From assembly GCA_963716395.1 (NCBI GenBank), contig OY970309.1, positions 1,728,001 to 1,792,000 of the forward strand: a DNA stretch of 64,000 nucleotides, read 5' to 3'. Positions 40,334 through 50,305 of the stretch are shown piece by piece; positions within the stretch are counted from its first letter, which is position 1; every line of letters starts with the position of its first letter. The position numbers and the translations under genes were made by a program. This stretch comes from an uncultured Fibrobacteria bacterium. Lineage in GTDB: Bacteria; Fibrobacterota; Fibrobacteria; UBA11236. The notes under the pieces were generated by a model. It saw only the letters and a list, made by a program, of their open reading frames with translations, was not told the origin of the DNA and searched no databases.

Positions 40334-42058
40334 ATGCCCCGCATGCGTGGAGTCGGAATTGTAACCGTCGTGTGGTCAGTCGGGTGCGGAGCCGCGTTTT
40401 GCCTGCCTCCGGATACGGCGGCATCCTGGCTGGATAGCGCGGCGGGAAGCCCGGCCCTGTCCCAGCGTCTGCAACATCCGTGGAACGGCTTTCTTCTCGA
40501 CGGCGAAAACGTTCGGGAGGTGGGCGGGCTTTTTTATGCCGAGCAGCGCTTCTCGTCGCAGGAGCGGTATGCCCTGATGCCGCAGCTCGACGTGCTGCCG
40601 GTTTTTGCCGCCGATAGCGATACCGCGCGGGCCGCGGTTGGCTGGAACGGAGGCGGCCAGGCCGGATCCGCGGGACTGCCTTTCTCGAACGGTTTTCTTC
40701 GGGCCCGGGTTTTTTCCAACGCCCAGGTGGCCGGCGAAGGCGTGCAAGACGCCTTTTATTCCGCCGCCACCTTGCCCCGGCGTGCGGCGGCGCTGGGAGA
40801 TCAGCCGGCTTCCGCGGCCGCGTATTTCGGCGACGATGTGCCGCCCCTCAGTCTGTTGCGCGGGGGGGTGGAAATGGAACAGCGTGGCGGAGTGCTCGCC
40901 ATCGGGTATTCCCGCGGCACCCTCTGGGCCCCTTCGCCGCTGACCGGTGTGGATTATCCCTTGCGGACGCAAGGCACGGAAATTCTGGTCGGCATGGCCG
41001 AAGATTTGAGCATGCACTTCCGCTACGATCAGTATTCGGGTTTGTCGGATCAATCCGGCGCGCCTTCGGCCACGTTGTCGGAAATCGGGCTCCAGCTCTC
41101 CGGCGACGAGTCGCCTACGTGGGGGTGGAGTCTGCGCTGGGCCTATCGCAAGCGCGTGGTCGCTAAGGGATCGGATTGGACGCCGCTCGACCGCAGCTCG
41201 TATCCCTGGCAATTCCGTGCGGGAAAAATCTGGAAAAGCGAGGACAGCATCTGGACCATCCGTGTGCGCGGCTCCCTGGAAGACGACGAAAGCGTGCTGC
41301 TTTCCACCGGCGAAGCCGACGCCGAAGAACCGGTAAACCGGAACATATTCACCCAGGGCCTGCGCATCTACCACCGCCATCCCTTCGACTCCTCGGCTTA
41401 TCTCGGGGAGCGCGTTCTCGGCGACACCGCATTAGCCGCGGCGTATGATCTTCCCGCCAACGGACGCGGGGCCGGGGCCTGGGCGGGTTATGCCTGGCGC
41501 GATTCCTCCTGGGAGAGCGGGGTGCGCGCCACCGGATCGCTGGAGTGGGAAACACCGGTGTTTACCGGAGCGACCTGGCCGCCCACGGGCTCGGTGCCGG
41601 ACGATGCCTTGAGCCGTTACGGAGTGTATGCGGGCAGCGACTACCTGCTGGCGCGCACGCAAGCCGCGGCCTATGCCGAAGCCCGGGTGGGTGGGGCTAC
41701 ACGCCTGCGCCTCGCCCTGGGGTGGCAGGACTTTCTCGGCCATGACGCCGGTGCGCTGGAGTTTTCCCCGGCCCCGTATTTCGGGTCGCTGGAAGGCGGT
41801 TTCACCTTGCCGGCCCATCTGCGGGCGGATGCGATCTTGCAAGGCCTGGGTCCCAAGTATTACCGCGGTTACGGTCTCGACTGGCGCGTCGCACCCCATT
41901 TCGAAAATCAATTGGGTTTGCGGCAAAGCTATGCAGGGGGGCGCTGGGAGGCGCGGGTGGCTTTATTTCATGCCTTCGGAGAGGCCGTACAGGAATATCC
42001 CTTGGGCAATCCCATTCGCTTTCGCATTACCGCCGGAATTCGCGGCCGGCTGCCCTGA
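40334..42058 (+). CDS. Hypothetical secreted protein, probable outer-membrane beta-barrel
   Basis: Hydrophobic N-terminus, alternating strands, C-terminus EYPLGNPIRFRITAGIRGRL resembling barrel termini. Confidence 0.55.
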   Translation: MPRMRGVGIVTVVWSVGCGAAFCLPPDTAASWLDSAAGSPALSQRLQHPWNGFLLDGENVREVGGLFYAEQRFSSQERYALMPQLDVLPVFAADSDTARAAVGWNGGGQAGSAGLPFSNGFLRARVFSNAQVAGEGVQDAFYSAATLPRRAAALGDQPASAAAYFGDDVPPLSLLRGGVEMEQRGGVLAIGYSRGTLWAPSPLTGVDYPLRTQGTEILVGMAEDLSMHFRYDQYSGLSDQSGAPSATLSEIGLQLSGDESPTWGWSLRWAYRKRVVAKGSDWTPLDRSSYPWQFRAGKIWKSEDSIWTIRVRGSLEDDESVLLSTGEADAEEPVNRNIFTQGLRIYHRHPFDSSAYLGERVLGDTALAAAYDLPANGRGAGAWAGYAWRDSSWESGVRATGSLEWETPVFTGATWPPTGSVPDDALSRYGVYAGSDYLLARTQAAAYAEARVGGATRLRLALGWQDFLGHDAGALEFSPAPYFGSLEGGFTLPAHLRADAILQGLGPKYYRGYGLDWRVAPHFENQLGLRQSYAGGRWEARVALFHAFGEAVQEYPLGNPIRFRITAGIRGRLP

Positions 42059-42168
42059 AGTCCACCCGGGTTGCCAAACATCGGCGCCCGGGCTTGAAGC
42101 GGAAAGCAACGACAGCGGTTCGGCGTCCGGCTTGCTGAAATTTCCGGCCCGGCGCTAGAATCACCGGG

Positions 42169-43956
42169 ATGGAGAGCGACGCCTGGTCGCCGGATTCCCC
42201 TCCACAGGATGGGAATGCCGGTCTGCATCTCGATTTCAAACGCTTCAACGCGGTGATTTTGCTGTTGGCCGCGTATGTGCTGGCCATCATTCCCTTGTAT
42301 CCCGCCATCGGGGACATGGTGTTTTTCCTGTCTCTGCTTCCCCTGGTGATCACGGCCAGTCTGATCGGCACCTGGCCGGGCCTCTTGGTGGCGGTGCTGC
42401 TCAGCGGCCTCAATCTGTACCTGGCCTATGCGCTCGACGGATCCTGGGCCGGACTGTGGGTCAGGGGATCGCTGTTCACCGGTCTGCACCTGCTCATCGG
42501 CGCGGGCGTGGGACGCTGGCGTGATCTGAACGCGCAGTTGCGGCGCGAATTGAAGGAACGCCAATCCATCGAAGCGCGCCTAGAGCACATGGCCTATTAC
42601 GATCCGCTCACGGGACTTCCCAACCGCACGCTGTTCCGCGAGCGCATGGAGTTGGAAATCTCCCATGCCCAACGCGATCGCATCGGCATCTGCGTGCTGT
42701 TCCTCAATCTCGATCGGTTCAAAGATGTGAACGACACCTTGGGACATGAAGCGGGTGACGGTCTGTTGGCCGAAACCGGGCGCCGCATCCAGCGCGCCCT
42801 GCGCGCTTCGGACAGCGTGGGACGTTTCGGTGGCGACACCTTCGCCATCTTGATGCCGCGGGTGCGCGATCCGAAAGAAGCCGTGCCCGTGGCCGACAAG
42901 GTGTTGGCTTCGCTGCGCCGGCCCTTTTTGATTGCGGGACAGGAAATCCATCTGTCGGCGCGCATCGGGGTGGCGATGTACCCGCGCGACGGCGAAGATG
43001 CCGACACCTTGTTCCGCAATTCCGACGCGGCCCTGCATCAGGCCAAGGCCTTGGCCACGCGCGCCTTTCATGCCTACAACCCGGCCATCAATCAAATCGC
43101 CAAAGAGCGTCTGGCCCTGGAAAGCGGGATTCGCAAAGCCCTGGAGCGCGGCGAACTGGAATTGTTCTATCAACCCATCGTCGAAACCGCCACGGGCGCG
43201 ATCGCGGCGCTCGAAGCCTTGCTGCGCTGGCGGCGCGGCGAAAAGGATTGCGTATTGCCCGAGGTGTTCATCCCCATCGCCGAAGATACGGGCATGATTC
43301 ATTCCATCGGCGACTGGGTCCTGGGCGAAGCCTGCCGGCAACTGCACGTGTGGCAGGGAATGGGATTCCATGATCTGCGCATGGCCGTCAACCTCTCTCC
43401 CCGGCAGCTTAAACGCGAATCGCTGTGGATCGACTTCGAGGCCATCGCGACCCAAGCCGGCGTGCGCCCGGGCGATGTCGACCTGGAAATCACCGAGAGC
43501 AGCTTGCTGGGGCAGGAATCGCAGGTGATGGAAAACCTGGAGCGCCTGCGCGCGGCGGGATTCCAGTTGTCCCTCGACGACTTCGGCACCGGCTATTCCT
43601 GCCTCGCCTATCTCAAGCGGTTGCCGTTCTCCTGCCTCAAGGTGGATCGCTCCTTCATCCGGCAAAGCCACACCGATCCCGATTACGCTTCGATCACCTA
43701 TGCCATTGTGGCCGTGGCCAAGGCCTTGAAGCTCAAGGTCATCGCCGAAGGCGTGGAAACGCAGGAACAGTGCGCCTTTCTCTGGCAACTGCAATGCGAT
43801 CAGGTGCAGGGGTATTTATTCGGGAGGCCGGTGGCGGCCCAGGAAATCACGACGGGGTTGTTCGACATTTCCGATCGCCGCCGGCGCTTTCAGGACGCGC
43901 AAGCGACGCTGCCTGCGGTAGCCTTGGCGGGAAGTCTCGCAGGCTCTACGCCTTGA
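42169..43956 (+). CDS. Membrane-anchored GGDEF-EAL protein (GGDEF degenerate)
   Basis: 3-4 TM segments; DPLTGLPNR, NLDRFK, GGDTF; EALLRW, AVNLS, LEITE, DDFGTGYS, KVDRSF, AEGVE, QGY. Confidence 0.92.
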   Translation: MESDAWSPDSPPQDGNAGLHLDFKRFNAVILLLAAYVLAIIPLYPAIGDMVFFLSLLPLVITASLIGTWPGLLVAVLLSGLNLYLAYALDGSWAGLWVRGSLFTGLHLLIGAGVGRWRDLNAQLRRELKERQSIEARLEHMAYYDPLTGLPNRTLFRERMELEISHAQRDRIGICVLFLNLDRFKDVNDTLGHEAGDGLLAETGRRIQRALRASDSVGRFGGDTFAILMPRVRDPKEAVPVADKVLASLRRPFLIAGQEIHLSARIGVAMYPRDGEDADTLFRNSDAALHQAKALATRAFHAYNPAINQIAKERLALESGIRKALERGELELFYQPIVETATGAIAALEALLRWRRGEKDCVLPEVFIPIAEDTGMIHSIGDWVLGEACRQLHVWQGMGFHDLRMAVNLSPRQLKRESLWIDFEAIATQAGVRPGDVDLEITESSLLGQESQVMENLERLRAAGFQLSLDDFGTGYSCLAYLKRLPFSCLKVDRSFIRQSHTDPDYASITYAIVAVAKALKLKVIAEGVETQEQCAFLWQLQCDQVQGYLFGRPVAAQEITTGLFDISDRRRRFQDAQATLPAVALAGSLAGSTP

Positions 43957-45193
43957 CATCGCGCGTCTTGGGGGCGCGCGGCATCCGGCTTTTTTCCGCC
44001 AGTACCGAATAGAGGTTGGCGTGCACTTCGATTCCGCCGTTGTCGAGCACGAGTTGGCGGCCCGGCTTGAACCAGATGTCTTTTTCCAGGCTGGGATCCG
44101 GAATCACGACACAGGCGCGGCTGCCCGCGCATTTGGTTTTGAGAAAGCGCCCGAAACTTTCATACAGCCCGTGCAGCGCCGCCGCGCTTTCTCCCAGGCG
44201 CACTCCGTAAGGAGGGTTGGTCACGATGTAGGCGTCGGGAAAGGGCCCCTCTAGGCGCTGAAAATCTTTCTGCGTCAGTTTGATGGCGCTGGCGAACGGC
44301 GTGCCTTCGAGATTGGCGCGGGAGGCGGCCATGGCGCGCGCGTCGATATCGTAGCCGAACAAAAGGCCCGGCGCCAGGGGCGCAATGGCCGCATCCATTT
44401 CGGTTTTGACTTTTTCCCAGAGGGCGGGCGAGAAGTCGGGCAGGGCCTCGAAGCCTTGCCGCTTGCGAAAAGAGCCGGGAGGCGTTTTGGTGGCCGCCAT
44501 GGCGGCTTCGATGAGAATGGTGCCGCTGCCGCAGAAGAAATCGTAGAGCCGCCCTTCGCCGCGCCAGCCCGCGAAGCGGAGCAAGGCCGCCGCCAGATTT
44601 TCCTTGATGGGTGCTTCCACCGCCTGCTTGCGGTAACCGCGCCGGTGCAGCACACCGTCGGAATAGTAGACGCTGACCGTGGCCTGGTCGCGGCGCAGGA
44701 AAAGATCGAAGCGCACGTCGGGGTCTTCGCGGTCGATGTTGGGGCGCGTGCCGTATTGCGTCCGCAGCGAGTCGACCACGGCGTCTTTGAGTTTCAAGGC
44801 CGCGAACTGGCTATGGGTGATGCCCGAGTCGGAAACCGTGGCCGTCACCTTGAGCGTCTGCTCGGGCTTGAGCACGGCGCTCCAATTGAAGACGGCGGCT
44901 TGTTGATACAATTCGTCGGGATCGCGGCAGGGAAAAGAAGCCAACGGACGTAGCACCCGCGAAGCCAGGCGCGAACCGTAGACCACGCGATAAACCTCTT
45001 CGCGGCTGAGCGGAACGGATACGCCGAGATACTCGGGTTTGGCACCCGCGACGCCCATTTCTTCCAGTTCTTCGCGGAGCAGGGGTTCGAGGTTGCGGGC
45101 GCAACTCACGAAAAAGGTATGGCGCTTTTCGTCGGCCGGCGCTTTGGACTCCGAACCTTTTTCCAGCGTCGCCGAGTCTTTTTTAGACGCCAT
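43946..45193 (-). CDS. rlmL: THUMP-domain RNA m2G methyltransferase (RlmL-like)
   Basis: LKDAVVD, LHRRGYR, APIKENLAA, DFFCGSGTI.IEA, TNPPYG.RL. Confidence 0.85.
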   Translation of the reverse strand: MASKKDSATLEKGSESKAPADEKRHTFFVSCARNLEPLLREELEEMGVAGAKPEYLGVSVPLSREEVYRVVYGSRLASRVLRPLASFPCRDPDELYQQAAVFNWSAVLKPEQTLKVTATVSDSGITHSQFAALKLKDAVVDSLRTQYGTRPNIDREDPDVRFDLFLRRDQATVSVYYSDGVLHRRGYRKQAVEAPIKENLAAALLRFAGWRGEGRLYDFFCGSGTILIEAAMAATKTPPGSFRKRQGFEALPDFSPALWEKVKTEMDAAIAPLAPGLLFGYDIDARAMAASRANLEGTPFASAIKLTQKDFQRLEGPFPDAYIVTNPPYGVRLGESAAALHGLYESFGRFLKTKCAGSRACVVIPDPSLEKDIWFKPGRQLVLDNGGIEVHANLYSVLAEKSRMPRAPKTRDVKA

Positions 45194-45204
45194 GAGGCAA
45201 ACAT

Positions 45205-45242
45205 AAAAACAAACCCCCCTCACGCTTACGCGAGCGGGTTTT
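45205..45242 (-). terminator. Probable terminator after the RRM gene
   Basis: Minus strand AAACCC-GCTCGC-GTAA-GCGTGAG-GGGGGTTT followed by GTTTTT. Confidence 0.55.
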
Positions 45243-45274
45243 GTCAGAGAACGATACGGGAGTGAAAAAGCGGT

Positions 45275-45604
45275 TTAATACATGCCGCGATTGATCGCCT
45301 GGGAACGCGGTTCCCGGGGACGATAACCGCCTTGGGGGCGGGGTCCGCCGCCGTTTCCCTCTTCCCGAGGCCGCGCTTCGCGGGCATTGATGCGGCGTCC
45401 CAGCATTTCGGAGCCGTTCAACCCTTCGATGGCTTTCTTGCCTTCCTCGTCATTCGGCATCTCGACGAAGCCGAAGCCGCGGGACCGTCCGGTCATGCGA
45501 TCCTTGATGATGCGCGCAGACTGCACGGCACCGAACGCGGAAAACGCGTCGCGAAGCGAATCATCCGTAGCGGTATAAGGGATATTGCTGACGTAGATAT
45601 TCAT
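45275..45604 (-). CDS. RRM-domain RNA-binding protein
   Basis: RNP2 IYVSNI, RNP1 RGFGFVEM, Gly/Arg-rich tail; SD AAGGA. Confidence 0.93.
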   Translation of the reverse strand: MNIYVSNIPYTATDDSLRDAFSAFGAVQSARIIKDRMTGRSRGFGFVEMPNDEEGKKAIEGLNGSEMLGRRINAREARPREEGNGGGPRPQGGYRPREPRSQAINRGMY

Positions 45605-45964
45605 GCCTTTTTCCTTGTTGAAAGACCCAGCACTCTGGGGAATTGTCAGAGAGGATTCATCGCGATGCGAGTTATCGAACAACCATCCGAAATACCGAAA
45701 CCAAGGTCTGGTTAAAAATAAATATAACCCCCGGCCGAACTTTTATTGTGGGGATTTTTTGTGTTTTTCATCCCAAATTCAACTGAAATTGGTTCAGTGG
45801 TGAGTATAAGTATAAAGTCGAGGGCATTCGGCGAGCCGAAATTGAATATCCATCCCGATGCAGAACCCCGGCTTTGCCGTGGGTGGGTGACCCGAAAATC
45901 CGGCGTCGTCGACAAGGTTCATGCGTCGAAAGCGACGGGCGCCCATGCTATATTTGCCAGCCCT

Positions 45965-46041
45965 GGACGCTTAGCTCAGCTGGTTAGAGTACATGGTTCA
46001 CATCCATGGGGTCAGTGGTTCAAGTCCACTAGCGTCCACCA
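45965..46041 (+). tRNA. tRNA-Val (anticodon CAC)
   Basis: GGACGCT acceptor pairs with AGCGTCC-A-CCA; D arm GCTC/GAGT; anticodon stem CATGG/CCATG with loop TTCACAT; T loop GTTCAAG; TGcTATATT promoter upstream. Confidence 0.95.
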
Positions 46042-46117
46042 ACTTTTCCATTACTTCTGATTTTACCCTTCGGGGGGTTCCCTTGTTTTATCGGTGTAAG
46101 AATGGCAAAATGCTGCC

Positions 46118-47050
46118 GTGGCCCTGCGCATTTCCCAATTCGGTTCGGCTCAAGCAACCCCCGCGATGCCGGATAAACCACCCGTCGTCAAGGCTCCGGT
46201 GAACCATTGCCCGCCGGCCGCCGTTGCCGGCGGCCCGCCGCTGCCGGGATTGCTCATCTCGGGACCTTGCCGCCAAGAGCAGATGGAAAGCAAGGAGTTT
46301 CTGGAATGGCGATTTCGCCTGCACGGCGGAAAATACAGTCTGATCGTCCATCGCAAGCATTGGGAGTGGTGCTTCATCTGCCAGGCCCTGGCGGAACGGG
46401 GAATGCTGAAACCCGGAAGCCGCGGACTGGGTTTCGCGGTGGGCAAAGAACCTTTGGCGGCACTGTTCGCCAGTCTGGGGTGCGAAATATTGGCCACCGA
46501 TCTCGATACCGAAGCGGCCACGCAAAGCGGCTGGGTGCAGAGCAACCAGCATTCCAAGTCAAGCCTCGACGAGATGAACAAGCTCGGTCTGTGCGAACCC
46601 GAAGCGTTTCACCGCTTGGTGTCCTACCGCGACGTCGACATGCGCCGCATCCCCGGAGATCTCCGGGGATTCGATTTCATCTGGTCTTCCTGCTCTATGG
46701 AGCATTTGGGTTCGCTGGCCGAGGGCGAGCGCTTCGTGGTCGAATCGCTCCGGTGTCTCAAACCCGGAGGCGTGGCCGTCCACACCACCGAGTTCAACGT
46801 GAATTCGAACGATGCCACCCAGGATCATCAGGGCGTCGTGTTGTACCGCCGGCGAGACATCGAATCCATGGCCGTGCGCTTGCGGGGCGAGGGCCATGCC
46901 ATCGAGGCGGACTTCACCCTGGGGAACAAAACCTGCGACTTGGTCGTGCAGCAACCGCCCTACCGCCATGACATCCACCTGCGCATTCAGATCGGCCCGT
47001 TCGTAGCCACGTCTTACGGCATCATCGTCGTCAAAGCCGAATCCCGTTAG
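46118..47050 (+). CDS. Class I SAM-dependent methyltransferase
   Basis: HRKHWEW, GLGFAVG.EP, LATD, FDFIWSSCSMEHLG, LKPGGVAVHTTE. Confidence 0.75.
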   Translation: MALRISQFGSAQATPAMPDKPPVVKAPVNHCPPAAVAGGPPLPGLLISGPCRQEQMESKEFLEWRFRLHGGKYSLIVHRKHWEWCFICQALAERGMLKPGSRGLGFAVGKEPLAALFASLGCEILATDLDTEAATQSGWVQSNQHSKSSLDEMNKLGLCEPEAFHRLVSYRDVDMRRIPGDLRGFDFIWSSCSMEHLGSLAEGERFVVESLRCLKPGGVAVHTTEFNVNSNDATQDHQGVVLYRRRDIESMAVRLRGEGHAIEADFTLGNKTCDLVVQQPPYRHDIHLRIQIGPFVATSYGIIVVKAESR

Positions 47051-47101
47051 CCCCCTCCGCCGCCCCGGTACTCCGCGGCAGCCGATCCGCCGCAGGCGGA
47101 T

Positions 47102-48502
47102 TCATTCACAGCGGAATTTGGTGCTGCCGGCGGGGATTTCCTCGGGGTATTTGCCGTCGAAACAGGCCGCGCAATATTGATCCGCGCCGTGGGGCATCAC
47201 CTCGAGTAGGCCCTTGATACTGAGGTATTCCAGGGTATCGGCCCCCAGTAACTTGCGGGTTTCTTCGACCGTGAGATTGCTGGCGATGAGTTCGGTTTTC
47301 GAGGGGAAGTCCATGCCGTAAAAGCAGGGATGGGCTACGGGCGGCGAGCTGATGCGGATGTGCACTTCCTCGGCGCCGGCGTCGCGCAGCATTTTGGTCA
47401 GCGACTTCAGCGTGGTGCCGCGCACGATGGAGTCGTCGACCAGCACCACGCGTTTGCCGCGCACCACGCCCGCGATGGTGTTGAATTTGAGTTTGACCTT
47501 CTGTTCGCGCAGGTTCTGCGACGGGTCGATGAAGGTGCGCCCCACGTAATGGTTGCGGAGAAAGCCGATGTCGAACGGCAGGCCCGCTTCCTGGGCATAC
47601 CCGATGGCGGCCGTGTTGCTCGAATCGGGAACCGCGATCACGAGGTCTCCGGCCGCCGGTTTTTCCCGGGCCAGTTGGGTGCCGATGCGGCGGCGGATTT
47701 TATCGCAGCTCTCCTCGAAAATGCGCGAGTCGGGCCGCGAGAAATAGATGAACTCGAACACACAATGGGCCCGCTGCGGTTTCTCCGCCATGATTTTCGA
47801 GTCGAGGCCGTTGCCGTCGATGCGGCACAGTTCGCCCGGGCGAATGTCGCGCACGTAGTCGGCGCCGAGCAAATCCAGGGCGCAGGTTTCCGAAGCCACC
47901 ACCCAGGTTTTGTCCAGGCGGCCCAGGCACAGGGGCCGGAAGCCGTAAGCGTCGCGCGCCACGTATACTTCGTTGCGCGTCAGAAACACCAGGCAGTACG
48001 AGCCGGTCAATTGCGCCAGCGATTCGGCAATCGCTTCGGGTAAAGTGGGTTTTTGCGAGCGGGCGATCAGATGCAGGATGACTTCGGTATCGGAGGTGCT
48101 TTGGAAAATGTGCCCCTGCTCCTCCATGGACCGGCGGATCTCCGGTGCGTTGACGATGTTGCCGTTGTGGGCCACGGCGATGGGCCCGCGCTTGGTGGAG
48201 ACCAGCATGGGCTGGGCATTGACGAGGTTGCTGCGCCCCGCGGTGGAATAGCGCACGTGGCCGATGGCGGCCACGCCCTCGATGGCCTCCACCAACTTCT
48301 CTTCGCGGATCAACTCGGTGACCAGCCCCATGCGCTTGATGAGCTGGATGTCGTTTCCGTCAGTGGCGGCCAAACCCACGCTTTCCTGGCCGCGATGTTG
48401 CAGCGAGTAAAGCCCCATCAACACCCGGCGCGCGACTTCCGGTCCCCCGAAAATCCCCATCACACCGCATTCTTCCCCGAAACCTTCCGCCGCTGCACCC
48501 AT
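47102..48502 (-). CDS. purF: Amidophosphoribosyltransferase
   Basis: Propeptide then EECG, QHRGQES, GHVRYST, HNGN, FEFIYFSRPDS, VDDSIVRGTT, CAAC. Confidence 0.97.
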   Translation of the reverse strand: MGAAAEGFGEECGVMGIFGGPEVARRVLMGLYSLQHRGQESVGLAATDGNDIQLIKRMGLVTELIREEKLVEAIEGVAAIGHVRYSTAGRSNLVNAQPMLVSTKRGPIAVAHNGNIVNAPEIRRSMEEQGHIFQSTSDTEVILHLIARSQKPTLPEAIAESLAQLTGSYCLVFLTRNEVYVARDAYGFRPLCLGRLDKTWVVASETCALDLLGADYVRDIRPGELCRIDGNGLDSKIMAEKPQRAHCVFEFIYFSRPDSRIFEESCDKIRRRIGTQLAREKPAAGDLVIAVPDSSNTAAIGYAQEAGLPFDIGFLRNHYVGRTFIDPSQNLREQKVKLKFNTIAGVVRGKRVVLVDDSIVRGTTLKSLTKMLRDAGAEEVHIRISSPPVAHPCFYGMDFPSKTELIASNLTVEETRKLLGADTLEYLSIKGLLEVMPHGADQYCAACFDGKYPEEIPAGSTKFRCE

Positions 48503-48655
48503 AGACCAAGAAATATAACCGGGCGTGGATCGCGAAAATTAAAAGTTGCGGCTGAATCCCTCGGAACCGAAAACCGAGCCGGGGAAAGTCTGATCCCGCC
48601 TCCGGGGCTGGACGCGGAAGGAGGGTTTATTGCACCGGAAGGACGAACGAGTCGT

Positions 48656-49234
48656 TATTATCAAGGAAATTGGTACTCCGACAACATGGGAAATCACTGC
48701 ACCAACGCCCAGTTTCACGACCTCAAGTATGATTCCAGTACGATTTCCGGTAAGGCCCTGAACTCCAGCAACGCCATTTGGCCGGGAAGAAACGTTTGGC
48801 AGTATTCCCTGTCGCGCGTACTGGATTCCACCTCGATGACCTTTTTGGGTCCGCAGCCGTCCCGATACCGCTTGGGATTCCGTCCTCAGTTTCACCCGGT
48901 TGCATCTGAGACTCGCTTCCAGCAATTCGAACCTCAATGGAGCGACTCCGATTTCTTCCGGATACATCGCCATTCAAGTGGAAGGCACCTCGACGGAGTT
49001 CGCCAAAATCGAATTGTTGAATTTGGTCGGTTGCATGGACAAAAACGACACCGCGTCCTGGCCGGCAGTGAAATCCTGAAAGTGAACGCCTACGATCTAA
49101 AAGGCGTTCGGGTGGCATCGTTTCCGGGCACGGGGCAAACTTTGCTGGATATTGCCGCGTTGAAGCCGGGGCTGTATAATCTGCAGGTGGAAACGCGCCA
49201 AGGAACCGCGCAGGCCGTTTACTCCAAGTTGTAA
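48656..49234 (+). pseudogene. Frameshifted, 5'-truncated remnant of a secreted DUF1080-type protein with T9SS-like tail
   Basis: One frame reads YYQGNW...CTNA...WPGRNVWQY; a shifted frame at ~48960 reads SGYIAIQVEG..TEFAKIELLNLVGCMD (DUF1080 C-terminus); the first frame resumes with YDLKG...KPGLYNLQV tail; no start or signal peptide. Confidence 0.65.
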
Positions 49235-49304
49235 AATCCCCAGACAAAATCGGACGGTGGAATACCTCCCGGCCCGGGGGGTATACTAAGGCGAACCCGA
49301 CGCC

Positions 49305-50261
49305 ATGCACGCCACTTTGTCCCATCCCGTCCCGACTTCTTCGGATTGTGAATTCCACGGCGTTTCCCGGGTATTTGCCATCGGCGATTTGCATGGCAAT
49401 TATCCCGGCTTCTGCGCCATTCTTCGCGGCTGCGGGCTCATCGACGGCGACGACCATTGGATGGGCGGCGACAGCCACGTGGTGCAATTGGGCGATGTCT
49501 TCGGCCGCGGCGGGGAGCCGGGAAAAGTCCTCAACCTGATCAAAATCCTCGATGCGGAAGCTTCGGCCGTCGGCGGCCGGGTGCATATGTTGCTCGGCAA
49601 CCACGAAATCCTGACTTTGCGGGGGAGCATTTTGTACAACACCCCGGAGGAATTCGCCGACTTTGCGCGCGCCGGAGCCTTGCCGGCTTTCGACGAAGAG
49701 AGTTCGCCGGAAATCGACGCGGGTGTGCCGGAAAAACTGCGGCGACGCTTGCGCGCGTTGGGTTGCTGGGAGTTTTGCCGCGCCCTGTTGCCCGGCCATC
49801 CGGTGGGGTGCTGGCTGCGTGCGCGCCCGTCGGTATTGGTTATCAACGACTCGCTGTTCGTGCATGGGGGGTTGGATCCCGTCTTCGGAATCGAGGCCAT
49901 CGAGGCCATCAACGCGCAGGTGCGACGCGAGATATTTTCCTCACCCGATTGGACTCCCGTGCGTTCGCTACTGGGCTCCGACGGGCCGCAATGGCACCGC
50001 GACTATGTGTTGCGGCCCGATGGGGAGCGCGCCGAAGCCCTGGATCGCGTATTGACCCGTCACGGCTGCCGGCGCATGGTGGTGGGGCACACTCCCACCG
50101 CCCATCTGGGGCGGGCGGGAAAAGTGACGCCCCTTTACGGAGGCCGGCTCGTTTGCGTCGACACCGGCATCGGCCGCATGCACGGCGCGCGCTTGTCGGC
50201 GTTGTGTCTGGAGGGTGGCGCCGTCACGCCGGTCTATCCGCAAGCTGAAGTTCTATATTAG
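49305..50261 (+). CDS. Metallophosphoesterase (Shewanella-like PPP phosphatase)
   Basis: GDLHG, GDVFGRG, GNHE, FVHGG, VGHT, VDTG. Confidence 0.85.
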   Translation: MHATLSHPVPTSSDCEFHGVSRVFAIGDLHGNYPGFCAILRGCGLIDGDDHWMGGDSHVVQLGDVFGRGGEPGKVLNLIKILDAEASAVGGRVHMLLGNHEILTLRGSILYNTPEEFADFARAGALPAFDEESSPEIDAGVPEKLRRRLRALGCWEFCRALLPGHPVGCWLRARPSVLVINDSLFVHGGLDPVFGIEAIEAINAQVRREIFSSPDWTPVRSLLGSDGPQWHRDYVLRPDGERAEALDRVLTRHGCRRMVVGHTPTAHLGRAGKVTPLYGGRLVCVDTGIGRMHGARLSALCLEGGAVTPVYPQAEVLY

Positions 50262-50305
50262 CTGCAGCCGGCAACCCCGAAGGCGAATCCGGCCCCCGAG
50301 GATTC

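Noticed and set aside
45965-47100. Genomic island at tRNA-Val
   Set aside because: No duplicated tRNA 3' end or integrase; only one methyltransferase before purF.
48503-48560. Riboswitch or leader upstream of purF
   Set aside because: A TATATT box lies 9 nt from the ATG, leaving no room for a structured leader.
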